DNA of 64,000 bases from Cetorhinus maximus. Its lineage: Eukaryota. The position numbers and the translations under genes were made by a program. Shown piece by piece: positions 51,555 to 64,000 of the stretch (within the stretch, counting starts at the first letter, position 1; each line of letters opens with the position of its first letter). Location of the stretch: positions 34,224,001 through 34,288,000 of the forward strand of contig NC_135893.1 in the NCBI RefSeq assembly GCF_964194155.1, given 5' to 3'. The notes below the pieces were generated by a model. That model made no database searches and was not told where the DNA came from. It was given only the letters and a program-made list of their open reading frames with translations.

Positions 51555-52990
51555 CCAACTTGGCCAATTATCACCCCATCAGTCTACTCTCAATCATCAG
51601 TAAAGTGATAGAAGGGGTCATCAACAGAGCTATCAAGTGGCATTTGCTTAGCAATAACCTGCTCACCAACACTCAATTTGGGTACTGCCAGGGTCATTCA
51701 GCTCCTGACCTCATTACAGCCTTGGTTCAAACATGAACAAAAAAGCTGAATTCAAGAGATGAGATGAGAATGACTGCCCTTGACATCAAAGCTGCATTTG
51801 ACTGAGTGTAGCATCAAGGAGCCCTAGCAAAACTGGAGTCAATGGGAATCAGGGGTAAAATGCTTCCCGGTTGGAGTCATACCTAGCACAAAGGAAGATG
51901 GTTGTGGTTGTTGAAAGTCAATCATCTCAGTCCCAGGACATCGCTGCAGGAGTTCCTCAGGGTAGTGTGCTAGGCCCAACCATCTTCAGCTGCTTCATCA
52001 ATGACCTTCCTTCCATCATAAAGTCAGAAGTGGGGATGTTCGTTGGTGATTGCATGATGTTCAGTACCATTTGCGTCTCCTCAGATACTGAAGCCAATCA
52101 TGTCCATTTGCAGCAAGACCTGGGCAATGATCACCTCCAACAAGAGAGAATGCAACCATCTCCCCTTGACATTCAATGACATTGCCATTGCTGAATGCAC
52201 GAAGATCAATATCCTGGGGGATACCAGGATCAGAAACTGAACTGGACAAGCCATATAAACACTGTAGCTACAAGAGCAGGTCAGAGGCTAGGAATCCTGT
52301 GGCGAGTAACTCACCTCCTGATTCCCCAAAGCCTGTCCACCATTTACAAGACACAATCAGGAGTGTGATGGAATACTCCCCACTTGCCTGTATGAGTGCA
52401 GCTCCCACAACACTCAAGAAGCGTGACACCATCCAGGACAAAGCAGCCCGCTTGACTGGTACCCATCCACCACCTTCAACATCACTCCCTCCACCTCTGA
52501 CGCACTATGGCAGCAGTGTGTATCATACATAAGATGCACTGCACCAATTCACAAAGACTCCTTCGGCAGCACCATCCAAATCCATGACCTCTACTATCTA
52601 GAAGGACAATGGCAGCAAATGCATGGGAACTCCACCAGCTGCAAGTTTCTCCTGGCTGACCTATAATGCTCAACCAACATTGCTTATTTTATTGCTGTAT
52701 GTGGGAGCGTGCTGGGTGCAAATTGCTTGCTGCATTTCCAACACCACCTGGAAGTTCCCCTCCAAGCCTCACACCATCCTGACTTGGAAATATATCCCTG
52801 TTCCTTCACTGTCACTGGGTTAAAATCCTGGAACTGCCTCCCTAACAGCACTGTGGGTGTACCTACACCACACGGACTGAAGTGGTTCAAAAGGGCAGCT
52901 CACAACCACCTTCTCAAGGGCAATTAGGTTTGGGCAATACCTGATGGCCTAGGCAGCAATGCCCACATCCTATGAAAAAAATGAAAAAAA
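51555..52990 (+). mobile_element. L2/CR1-group LINE RT to 3' end, same family as 22277-25390
   Basis: NYHPISLLSIISKVIE, ALDIKAAFD, GVPQGSVLGPTIFSCFINDL, and an A-rich tail. Confidence 0.92.
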
Positions 52991-54649
52991 CAAGAACAGG
53001 TCTTTTGACCTAACTGGTCTATACCAGCGCTTATGCTCGATACGAGCTTCCTACTCGATTGGCTGTGTTTTGATCACAAAAATAAAAATTAGTCTTGGTA
53101 TTCAAATGGTCCACCTTATTCACTGTGAGCTCGTTCTAATTTCACCCTGGAGTCCATTGGACATGAGGTTGGAGATTGATGGCCAATGCAACATTTGCCT
53201 CATGGGGTTGAACAGTTGCTAACCAAGTCTATTAGCTGTATGTGTGCTGGATGTTAGTTTGCAGCCAGACATCCGTGAGCTGCCTCACACAAGCCAAAGA
53301 GGAATGGCCTTGCCTCAGAAGCCTGGCCTTAAGATTGCAGCAAGCATTATAGCTTCAACTATGGGCCTTGAAGTGATATCCAGCCTTTGTCACACCTCAA
53401 TAAGTTTTTCGGATCCCTCTCGATACCACGTATAGGCCGAAGCCGGCTGGAGGAAGCTTATGGGGTTGCTACAGAAATGGTGCATTTCTTTCTAAAATTA
53501 TCTCCTTTCCATCTGACTTTGTGATTGGAATGTGTTGTTGTAACAGTGAAACTCAACCCATATCCTCAGTGAGTAAAGAATTATTAATCATGTCAATCAC
53601 AAGTTATGAATGCTATCCCTGGCATTCAGCATGAACCAGTATCATTGCTCATCAATTATTGATATATTTGTAATCTGAAAAGCTCTTGATTTTACCACCT
53701 GCTCATGTGGAAAATTATTGATACTGTCATTCATAAGATATTAATATTAGTGAAACTTGCACCAATGTTATTAGAATGTCATTGGGAGCTATTATAGATG
53801 TATTTATGTATTGTATTAAAATATTGCATATTTCACACTGTTCTAACCTGATATTCAATCATTCTCAGTTTCAATATTAATGTTCATATGTGCCAACCCT
53901 TCAGCTGCCATGGTTCCCTCGTTGTGTCACTAAATGGGATCCTAATATCTTACCCCCACAAACTGCTCAAAACCCCTTCTGAAAAGTGAATTTACACCCC
54001 CCCCCCTCCCCCTCCGCCTATTTTTTTGTAGTAATTTCAGTGGCTTGTGTTTTCCTATCCAGCACTGGGACATGTGCTGGGCGAGGCGGAAGGACCTCAT
54101 CACAAAATTGAGAGGAGCTGCTTATGATTTATTTGAACTTGGCTTTAGCCTGCGAGGCAATAACTTCTAGAGATATAGGAATTGCTAGGCTAGGAACAAT
54201 CCATTGGTTCACCTTCTACAACCCTGATAGTCAAATAATACAACAGTGGAGTGGGTTGATTAATTATGGCCATCAATCTCTACCAATTAATCTACAACAG
54301 ACAAGACACAAGGGAAAGTGCCAATGATGGAGAGCTTTGGGAACCATAGGGCCAAAGTCACCTATTTCTCCCAAGCACACTTGTCGCATTCCTGTCTGAA
54401 ATTACTCATTTACTATGTCCTAAAATGTTATTTTAAGAAAGAAATCTATCTAATTTGCATTTGACGGAATCAACGTCAACTGCTTCTACCATCTCCCTAA
54501 GGATACGACTAGTGTAGCAAAACCGATATCTTATTGCTTTTGTTACTCATGAAGGTGTGTTTCAGTACCGTAGAATGCCCTACGGACTATATTCAGCACC
54601 TAGCACATTCCAGAATGTTTCTTCCATCTTGTCAGACATTCAGGGGATA

Positions 54650-55395
54650 CTTGGCAATGCTGTTGTCTATGGAAGGGACAAAGCAGAATACAATTAGCGG
54701 TTATCAGCGGTGCTCACTCGATTTGCACAATGCAATTTGATGCTCAAGAAGAACAAGTGCATATTTGCGGCACCTGAGGTTGGATTTCTAGGGCGCAGAG
54801 TGACAGCAACTGGAGTAAAGCCTACACGCGGCAATGTCAAAACCCTTCCTGCACTTCTAAACCTGTCTAATGTGAAAGAGTTAGCGTTGTTTCTCGGTAC
54901 TACCGACTTTTATCACAAATTCGTTCCCAAGCAGGCAGAGATCGCAAAGCCTCTTCGGAAGCTACTGCACAAAGATGCACCATGGGAATGAACAGTCACA
55001 CAGCAAACAGCATTTGAAACATTAAAGGCAAAGATAACATCTCCACCAGTCCTCACTCATCTCAACCCACATGTGGAAACATATGTCACAATAGATCCAT
55101 CAGGAAATGCAATAGGAGCTGTACACTCACACTGTATTGAAGGAAGCGAATAGTCAATCACTTATGCATCACACGCACTGTCGGAAACTGAACGCAAATA
55201 CTCCACTGGAGAGCGGGAAGCCAGGAAGCACTAGCCTGTGTCTATGCTTGTGAACATTGGCATATGTATCTCTAGGTTAGAAAGCTCACTCAGCGCTGAC
55301 TACATTGTTAGCCACATCAGGATCTGGTCATTGACCTCTACACACATACAGATGGTCAGATTGGCTTCATCAGTATAACTTCAAGGTTAAGTCTC
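54650..55395 (+). pseudogene. Orphan Gypsy pol fragment (RT C-terminus and RNase H)
   Basis: LKKNKCIF..PEVGFLG, VKELALFLG..FYHKFVP, QTAFETLK..ITSPPVL, YASHALSETERKYSTGERE. Confidence 0.88.
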
Positions 55396-55404
55396 TCACA
55401 GGTT

Positions 55405-55776
55405 GGGAAGATGGTGGCATAATGGCAACGTGACTGGGCTAGTACTCCAGAGGCCCAGGCTAAAGCTCTGAGGACACAGGTTCAAATCCCACCACAGCAG
55501 CTAGTAGAATTTCTATTCAATTAATAAATCTGGAATTGAAAGCTGGTCTCAGTTGTGGTGACTGTGAAACTATCACTGATTATTGTAAAAACCCATCTGC
55601 CATCCTTACCTGGTCAGGCCTGCATGTGACTCCAGGCCCACAGCAATGTGGTTGACTCTTAACTGCCCTCTGAAATGATCCAGCAAGCCACTCAATTCAA
55701 GGGCAATTAAGGATAGGCAACAAATGCTGGCCTTCCTGCTAACACCCACATCCTATAAAAGAATAAAGATAAAAAA
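55405..55776 (+). mobile_element. tRNA-head SINE sharing 5' head and 3' tail with the LINE at 22277-25390
   Basis: A-box-like TGGCATAATGG, B-box GGTTCAAATCC, tail caagggcaattaaggataggcaacaaatgctgg. Confidence 0.85.
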
Positions 55777-55976
55777 TGTTCAAGCAAGCTCTCACAAACT
55801 GCGATGTGAAAATGACCAGATATTCTGTTTTAGAGAGTTTAGTTGAGGGATAAGTATTGGCCAAAGAGAAATCACCTGCTCTTCTGCAAATTAATGTAAT
55901 TGGATCATTTATTACCAACTGAGGGAGTTGCAAGACTTCAGTTTAACATCTCGTCCAAAAAAAAGTACTTCCGACA

Positions 55977-56220
55977 GCATAGTATTCTCACAGTATTCAC
56001 ATAGTATTCCCCAGCATTCACATATTATTCCCGCAGTATTCACATAGCCTTCCCCAGTATTCCCAAAGTATTCCGGCAGTACTTTAGTAATATTCCTCAG
56101 TATTCCATAGTATTCCTATAGTATTCCCCAGTACTGCCAAAGTATTCCTGCAATATTCCCATAGTATTCCCCAGTATTCCCATAGTATTCCTGTAGTATT
56201 TTCATAGCATTCCCGCAGTG
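55977..56220. repeat. Degenerate 10-11 bp tandem repeat (agtattc.. units) inside a minus-strand DeuSINE (about 55780-56255)
   Basis: Repeated catagtattc/cagtattcc units directly after the Deu core ccgacagc. Confidence 0.8.
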
Positions 56221-56489
56221 TTGTTTGATTGTTAAGCTACAATTTTTGTTCAAGTCTTTGTATTAATTCCAGGCCATTCATGTTCCAATGATGTGTGCTT
56301 TACGGATTCTGATATAGTGTCATTGCAATGCACAACACGAGGAGGAAATCTCAGGTCATCCTGAATCCCAACAGGCTATCAGCAAGACTCTGCTGCTGTC
56401 CATCTTTGCAGATAATTGCAGCTTTAAGAAACAGGAAGCCTCTGGCACTCATTGGAAGCTTTGCCAAATTTATTTCTGATGAAGGGGCC

Positions 56490-56795
56490 TTTTTGCTTTG
56501 GTAGAGAGGTCAGTGAGCAGGGGGCATAGATTTTAAATGATTGGTAGAAAGATCAGAGGGGAGGGGAGGAAAAGATTTTTTAACACAGAGGGTTGTTGGT
56601 GTCTGCAACTCACTGCCAGAAAGGGTAGTTGAGGCAGAAACTCACAGCTGGATATGCACCTCAAGCGTCGTAACCTGCAGGGCTGCAGACCAAATGCTGG
56701 AAAGTGGGATTAGGGTGGTGGCTCATTTTTCGGCCGGCACAGTCACGATGGGCAGAGTGGCCTTTTCCTGTGCCGTAAACTTCCTGTGATTCTAT
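56490..56795 (+). mobile_element. CR1-like 3' fragment
   Basis: FLTQRVVGVCNSLPERVVEAET. Confidence 0.75.
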
Positions 56796-57029
56796 TCTGT
56801 GCACCAGAATTTCTTACTGATTGATAGTTCAACAGCTAATTCCTTAACGTCACTTTTATCCTTTCCCTCTATCATGGCTTCATTACCCTATTCGTTATAG
56901 TGAGGTTCTGTGCAGGATGAAGTTATGGAACATGCAGAGACTCGAATTATTTGGGATCATGGCACAGACACTTGTGCCTTAGCACGCTGCCTTGCCATTC
57001 ATGATCCCAATGGTATAGACTCGGGCTAT

Positions 57030-57425
57030 TTCCCCTTGGGAAAAGTACATTATGGGGTGATTAAATTGAGATGCTTAAGATAATTAAACAATTGAACATG
57101 GTGGACAGAGCAAAGCTATGTCCTTTCAAGTAAAAGCTCAGAACAAGGGAACATTAGCTTAAAATTCGAGCCAGGCCGATCTGGTACGGTGCCAGGAAGC
57201 AGTTGTTCACACAAAGGGTACTGGAGATCTGGAAGTTTCTTCCCTGCAAAAGCTGTTGAGGCTAGGGGGCAACTGAAGATTTGTTAGCTGGGGTTATTAA
57301 GGGATATTAAGGGATTTGATACCAAGGCAGATAAATGGAGTTAAGATACAGATCAGCTAAGGTCTAAATGAATGGTAGAACAGGATCAAAGGACTGAAAG
57401 GCCTACTTTTGTTACGTTGGTTCTT
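57030..57425 (+). mobile_element. Old CR1 3' fragment
   Basis: Degenerate GD.IE.LK, RTREH.LKI, FTQRV..IW and a 3' UTR. Confidence 0.65.
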
Positions 57426-58474
57426 GCTGTATTAATTCTGATTAGGAACATTAGGCTTTGTGCACCAGCACTTTGCTTCTATCCATGACTGATGGCAGAG
57501 TGTTATAAGCCACCATTGCAGAGAGGCCCCATAGCCTCCCTGGTGACATCCTTCAAATTTTTCTTCTCCTTAAGGCTGGTATGGATAAAAGCGCTGGGAA
57601 GCAGGTATTCACCTGAACTACTGTTAGAATAAAGAGCCTTCTGGTACATGTTGGGCACAGCATTGTGCACTGTGAGTAGATGGTAACAAGGGTGCAATCG
57701 ATGACACCCGAGCTCTGATCAAACCAGCTGACCTATAAAACTCTGGTGCCCTATCACACTGCTGCTGGTCACTACTGAAGATGACCAAGTTGTTGGCTGT
57801 GCTGAATCTTGTGTTTGTGATCTTCATACCTCCATGGACATCCGTGGTGAGACTGAATGGAGCCCAGGGCATAAAAATTGAGGGCCAACGTGGTTTTGAC
57901 AACTTTACAGGCGTTAACTTTTGGATGAAAGCCTTGATGAAGAAATGGGCACTGGCCTCCTTGTTAACCTTCAGTCGACATAGACACATTTCTCCCATCA
58001 TTCCAATGTAGCTGTGACTGGGATGATGGATCTGCTGCGTTGTATTTGATGGCACCTCACATCAGAGACAGCATTTTGCTCCTCTTACACTCCTCCCATT
58101 TCAAATGCAATGCTGCACCGCACCCCTTTTAAACTAACCTCCAATGCAATGATGCATCATCTGACAGTCAGTACTAATGAGCAGCCTGCAGCTTGGCAGC
58201 AGCTCTGGACTAGTATGAGTGCTAATATGAAGGGTTTCTTGCAATACATATGATTCTGCATTTAATGAGCCATTACATTGATGATGATTATTTGGGTAGA
58301 ACACATCTTCAGTTTGTAATACCTAAAGCCACTTCAGTGAACAGCGAGTGTAGCAGCAGGAACTGAGTGATAGAGTGCTTTCAAATCAATGGGAATGAAA
58401 ATGGAGACAGACATATAAAAGGTAGCCGATCAGACATCACCAGTTTTACTTTCTCACAAAAGTCAAAATTACCC

Positions 58475-59190
58475 TCATTGATCTCCCACAGATACGCCAA
58501 CACTAGCAGAGTCCACACTCCCAACACTGATTCACTGATCCACCTACACCAGCAGAGTCCACACTCCCAACACTGATTCACTAATCCACCTACACCAGCA
58601 GAGTCCACACTCCCAACACTGATTCACTGATCCACCTACACCAGCAGAGTCCACACTCCCAACACTGATTCACTGATCCACCTACACCAGCAGAGTCCAC
58701 ACTCCCAACACTGATTCACTGATCCACCTACACCAGCAGAGTCCACACTCCCAACACTGATTCACTGATCCACCTACACCAGCAGAGTCCACACAACCAA
58801 CACTGATTCACTGATCCACCTACACCAGCAGAGTCCAAACTCCCAACACTGATTCACTGATCCACCTACACCAGCAGAGTCCACACTCCCAACACTGATT
58901 CACTGATCCACCTATACCAGCAGAGTCCACACTCCCAACACTGATTCACTGATCCACCAACACCAGCAGAGTCCACACTCCCAACACTGACTCACTGATC
59001 CACCAATTCCAGCAGAGTCCACATTCCAAGCACTGATCTCCCACTGATCCACGAACACCAACAGAGTCCACATTCCCAGCACTGATCTCCCACTGATCCA
59101 CGAACACCAACAGAGTCTACATTCTCAGCACTGATCTCCCACTGATCCACCAACACCAGCAGAGTCCACATTCCCAGCATAAATACACTG
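58475..59190. repeat. 46-47 bp minisatellite
   Basis: Unit CCAACACTGATTCACTGATCCACCTACACCAGCAGAGTCCACACTC, about 15 copies, with variant units at both ends. Confidence 0.97.
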
Positions 59191-60340
59191 ATCTCAAATC
59201 CAAAACTTTTTGGCAAACTATGTACTCATGTGGAGCATCATAGCTGTGTCCTTAGCCCACATGTGAACTTTCTACCAGAGATCACAAAGTGCTGAAATTC
59301 TTCCCTCATCCAGCAACACCGAGGCAATCAAGTTATTGAACCATCCCAGTACAGGATGGGGGCCTTTTGGCCAATCCATTAGCCCAGTGCAGCTGGCTTA
59401 ATAATCATTCAGGTATCAAACTTCAATGTTAGGTCAATATATCTTCCAGATAAGTGGACCGTCTTTTAGCTGGCCTGCTCCTGTGTGTTGGTGGGTAGTT
59501 TCACACTTACTCTTGGCCAACACACTGGCATGATTCATTATGGTACGCAGGGAGCAGAAGGAACCCAGTGCAAATACACTAATGGACATCTATCATCAGG
59601 GCAAAGTCACTGCTAATTAGACCAGTGCTTATGGCTATTTCTTCAATGGTGCCTCAACCTAAATTAAATCCAGAGTAAGTGCAAATTTCATCATTATCTT
59701 CATCAAATGGAGAACCAATACAGTTTTCTGATAAGCTCATAACAATGTTTAATTTGAATTAGAGTGCGGATGACTCCTCAAAACAACAAGCGAATGGTTT
59801 CTGGCACCCACGCTCTGTAGTAGCTGAGTGAGCATGGCAGTGAATGTGAATGGTTTACAATGTCTGTCACTCGAGCCAAGCCATAGATTGCAAAGCCTTT
59901 TGCAATGAATCAGTTTATGAATAACATGCTCACGTAGAATAACCACAATAACCAATCTGTAATGTTTATATATCTCAGAGGATTTAATCAGTTGTGCAGC
60001 CACTGAATCATAACGCAAGGCACTTTGTTATATTGCTTGCAATCTTTTACAGAAGGTTGCTGGTATCAGAAACCAGTAGGCATGCGGTGCTGACAATATT
60101 TGTTGAACTGAGCAACTACATGATGAAGAATTGTTTATCCACGTCAGATAAGAATGAAACACATGCATTTTTATATTGATTCCTGTTTTCAGAAGAAGGG
60201 AGAGCATGAATAGGTAAACTGGTTGAAAGATAAAGGGAAGACATGTTTTACTATAATGCCTTTCACAACTTGGAGATGTCCCAAAGCACTCTGCAGCCGA
60301 TGATGTATTTTTGATATGTAGTCACTGTGATAATGTAGAA

Positions 60341-61272
60341 AATTATGCAGATGATACAGAGATAGGTGGAGGGACAGGTAGTATTGAGGAGGCGGGGAGG
60401 CTGCAGAAGGATTTGGACAGGTTAGGAGAATGGGCAAAGAAGTGGCAGGTGGAATACAACGTGGGGAAGTGTGAGGTCATGCACTTTGGAAGGAAGAATA
60501 GAGGCATAGACTATTTTCTAAATGGGGAGAGAATTCAGAAATCTGGAGTGCAAAGGGACTTGGGAGTCCTAGTCCAGGATCCTCTTAAGGTTAACTTGCA
60601 GGCTGAGTCGGTAGTTAGGAAGGCAAATGCAATGTTGGCATTTATTTCGAGAGGACTAGAATATAAAAGCAGGGATGTGCTGCTGAGGCTTTATAAGGCT
60701 CTGGTCAGACCACATTTAGAATATTGTGAGCAATTTTGGGCCCCGTATCTCAGGAAGGATGTGCTGGCCCTGGAGAGGGTCCAGAGGAGGTTCACGAGAA
60801 TGATCCCAGGAATGAAAGGCTTAACATATGAGGAACGTTTGAGGACTTTGGGTCTATACTCGATGGAGTCTAGAAGGATGAGGGGGGATCTGATTGAAAC
60901 TTACAGAATGCTGAAAGGCCTGGATAGAGTGGATGTGGGAAGATGTTTCCATTAGTAGGAGAGACTAGGACCCGAGGGCACAGCCTCAGAGTAAAGGGAA
61001 GACCTTTTAGAACAAAGATGAGGAGAAACTTCTTTAGCCAGAGTGTGGTGAATCTATGGAATTCATTGCCTCAGAAGGCTGGGGAGGCCAGGTCATTGAG
61101 TGTATTTAAGACTGAGATAGATAGGTTCTTGATTGGTAAGGGGATCAAAGGTTTCGGGGAGAAGGCGGGAGAATGGGGTTGAGAAACTTATCAGCCATGA
61201 TTGAATGGCGGAGTAGACTCGATGGGCTGAATGGCCTAATTTCTGCTCCTATGTCTTATGGTCTTATGGTCT
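60341..61272 (+). mobile_element. Relatively young 5'-truncated CR1 LINE inserted in a DeuSINE
   Basis: ORF YADDT...LQKDLDRLGEWAKKWQ...LVRPHLEYC, with one frameshift near 60943 and a (GTCTTATG)n tail. Confidence 0.95.
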
Positions 61273-61278
61273 AAAATG

Positions 61279-61405
61279 AGGCCGGGATTTTCAGCCCTGT
61301 TGAAGCAGGGCCTGCTGCAGGAGTTCGGCGGCCCAGCCAGAAGTCCACTGATTTTTGTCGGGATCGGATGATCCCAGTGGCAGGTGGGGCCAGAAAATCC
61401 TGCCC
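61279..61405. mobile_element. Very short Harbinger-type MITE
   Basis: AGGCCGGGATTTTC...GAAAATCCTGCCC. Confidence 0.65.
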
Positions 61406-61530
61406 AAGATCTCACAAGCAGCAAAATGATAAAGGGAGAAATATTGTCCAGAACACTGGGAGGTCGTTCTCGCCATCCTTCAAAATGCACAGGAGGATAT
61501 TTTACATCCACCCTAGAGGATAGATGGGTG

Positions 61531-61662
61531 TAAAAGCAAAATACTGCCGATGCTGGAAATCTAGAACAAAAACAAAATACCTGGAAAAACTCAGCAGGTC
61601 TGACAGCATCTGCGGAGAGGGATGTAGTTGACGTTTCGAGTCCATATGACCCTTCATCAGAA
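61531..61662 (-). mobile_element. Penelope-like element terminal (pLTR) remnant with a minimal hammerhead ribozyme motif
   Basis: Minus strand reads CTGATGAAGGGTCatatGGACTCGAAACGTC...cagatgctgtcagacctgctgag. Confidence 0.75.
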
Positions 61663-61814
61663 GGCCTCACTTTAGCACCTCATCCAGAAGACAGCACCCC
61701 TGACAGCACAGATCTCCCTCAGTAATGTGGACTGAAGAATAAACCTATACTATGCGTTTAAGACTCTGATGAGGGGCTTAAATCCTTGGCTGTCCAACTG
61801 GGACACCAAGGTGG

Positions 61815-62210
61815 ACGCTTGCAATACCTTGTCACTTCCTCAGGAGTCCCAAACACTTTGCAGCCAAATGATTACTTTTGAAGCCTTGTCATTATTCAAC
61901 ACATGGAAATGTACCAGTTAATTCACACACAGCAAGACCCAAAAACATCATTATATGAATGCCCAACAAACCTGTTTTTGGTGGTGTTGATCGGGAGAAG
62001 AATGTTGGCCGGGATATTGGGAAAAGCTCTTGCTCTTCTTGAAAAGCACTAGATGATTCTAGTGTGTGTTTGAACTACCAGAATGAGATCAAACCTCTTA
62101 TCCAAAAGATCTTTGATAATGTGACATTGCCGCTGATTAACAATGGATTGTTAGCTAGATATGTGCTCAAGGTGAACCACGACCTCTGCGACAGAGCCAA
62201 ATTGACACAC
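61815..62210 (-). mobile_element. Old DeuSINE
   Basis: Degenerate tail, core and head colinear with the 46518 family. Confidence 0.6.
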
Positions 62211-63526
62211 AAGCAGTGATATGGGAAATTTATCAACTAGCCTAAAAAAAACAGCCCAAAGGAGTAGATTTGCTGCCATAATCAAAATGACTCAATTTAA
62301 TTTTCAATAGTTGCTGGATCTTCTTCGTTGGTTGTCATAGGCAACCCTTAGAGAAGAGGTTGCATAGTCAGCCAGGTTTAGCGAAGCGAAATTAAATTAT
62401 TGGCCTAAAATTCATTTGTCATTTGTTTAACTGCATTGTCAAATGTTGCCTGATCTCACCTTGTGAGAGAGATGTGACAGGAATGGTCTGATAAATATAC
62501 CAGGAGCAGTGCGTCATCAATAGAATGGCAAGTCGTCTATATTGAGGTATAGCAATCAATCAAAACTCAAGCCTTGGAAGTTGCAAACAATTATAAGAAT
62601 TCACTCAGAATTCATGCTTACAAAATCCAATGAATAATCAGTTGAAATTAAGGACTCTCCAAACCTAAGCTCGGCATTATAGTGGATTCCCATCTCATCA
62701 ATAATTCATGTCATCCATTTATATTGTTGCAAAGGTCTGCCAATGAAAACTTCTTTAATATGTTTCAAATGTTGACATACATAGTTTTGCTGACAAAAGC
62801 TCCCTCCAGGTACTCACCCAAGTGGTCCTCGTGTGTAAGTCCAGAGCAACGAAGTGTCTTCATTAGGTAAACAACTAAATCCAGAGAGGCCTAATTTAAT
62901 TATAACATAGAATTACATAGAACTTACAGCACAAGAAAAGACCATTTGACCTAAACAGATGTTTATGCTTCACATGTATCTCCTCTCACTCTACTTCATC
63001 AACCCACAGCACAATAAAATATTTGCTATCCCACATGCTCGGGGAATGGGCGGTGCCGGTTAATCAAAAATGCCAGTTAACTGAGAGTTACATTACTCCG
63101 GACACAAGACAAGGTCCTGCTCTGTCTTTGAGGGGTTCAGGGGAGATGGGAAACAGCTGGGCAGTCAAACACCCCAGCACAACATGGCATCAGAGCAAAA
63201 ATCAAGCTGTCAGCTGCTGACTGGCTGTTGAAAAAAAGCAGTTCAGTAGTCAGTTCACTGGCAGTTGCTCCAAACAGTATATCGTTGTTCAGGCACAATA
63301 ACCAAAACTGACCTAATGATTTAATAATTTCAGTGTAAAGCCAAAGAACAACTTCTCTAGATTTACAATCTACTGTCATTATTTTTTTTTTAAAAGAGTG
63401 CTTTATGTGAATACTGAAAGAGACTGGCTTTAAAAAAAAAATTGAGGTGTCAGAAATTACAGCTACTGGAGAATTCTGGTTGGTAGAGTGTCAGATAACA
63501 CAAAGTTTACTCTATATAATTCAAAA

Positions 63527-63711
63527 CTAAAAACAGAAAATACTGGAAATATTCAGCAGGTCAGACAGCATCTGTGGAGAGAGAAACAGAGTTAATGCTT
63601 CAGGTCGATGACCCATCAATTTCTCTCTCCACAGATGCTGCCTGACCTGCTGAGTAATTTCAGCATTTTCTGTTTTATTTCCGATTTCTAGCATCTGCAG
63701 TATTTTGCTTT
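63527..63711. mobile_element. Penelope-like terminal remnants in inverted (hairpin) arrangement
   Basis: aaaacagaaaatactgg...cagcatctgtggagagagaa (63530-63587) is the reverse complement of 63621-63677. Confidence 0.75.
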
Positions 63712-64000
63712 CCTATCACATCTTTCTATTCCTTTCTCCCTCATCTGTTTATCTCGCTTCCCCTTAAATGCATCTATGTTTTTGCTTCAAGTGCTTCCTG
63801 TGTAGGGGAGTTTGACATTCTCACCGTTCTCTGGCTAAAGAAGTTTCTCCAATTCCATATTGGATTTATTAGTGACTATCTTAAATTTAGGGCCTCTCGA
63901 TTTGAATTCCCCCACAGTTGTCATTTTCATAATGTCATAAATATTTTCAATCCTGACAAAGAGGAACTATGAAAGGAAAGCTGAAGTGGGAATGAAAGCA

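Noticed and set aside
58475-59190. CRISPR-like array
   Set aside because: The units are contiguous tandem copies with no unique spacers, no cas genes are present, and the context is eukaryotic.

Overview
Repeat-dense vertebrate intergenic or intronic DNA with one assembly gap (47447-48239). It is most likely from a cartilaginous fish (shark), inferred from SacSINE1/DeuSINE-like SINEs, the CR1 families present and the residues of a cytochrome c pseudogene. I see no intact host gene. Main contents: (1) a near full-length PIF/Harbinger DNA transposon (19544-27031) with TIRs, a spliced Myb/SANT gene and a convergent HARBI1-like transposase; (2) inside that transposase, a CR1/L2-group LINE whose 5' end is a tRNA-like SINE head and whose middle has been replaced by an inverted duplication; (3) a two-LTR Gypsy (Mag-like) element (29498-34153) whose RNase H and integrase core are replaced by a captured UACA-like coiled-coil fragment; (4) a processed cytochrome c pseudogene (about 41700-41970); (5) many CR1/L2 fragments, SINEs, Harbinger MITEs, solo LTRs, Penelope termini with hammerhead motifs and minisatellites. 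Family and protein assignments come from motif recognition and recall, not database searches. Boundaries of old repeats are approximate.
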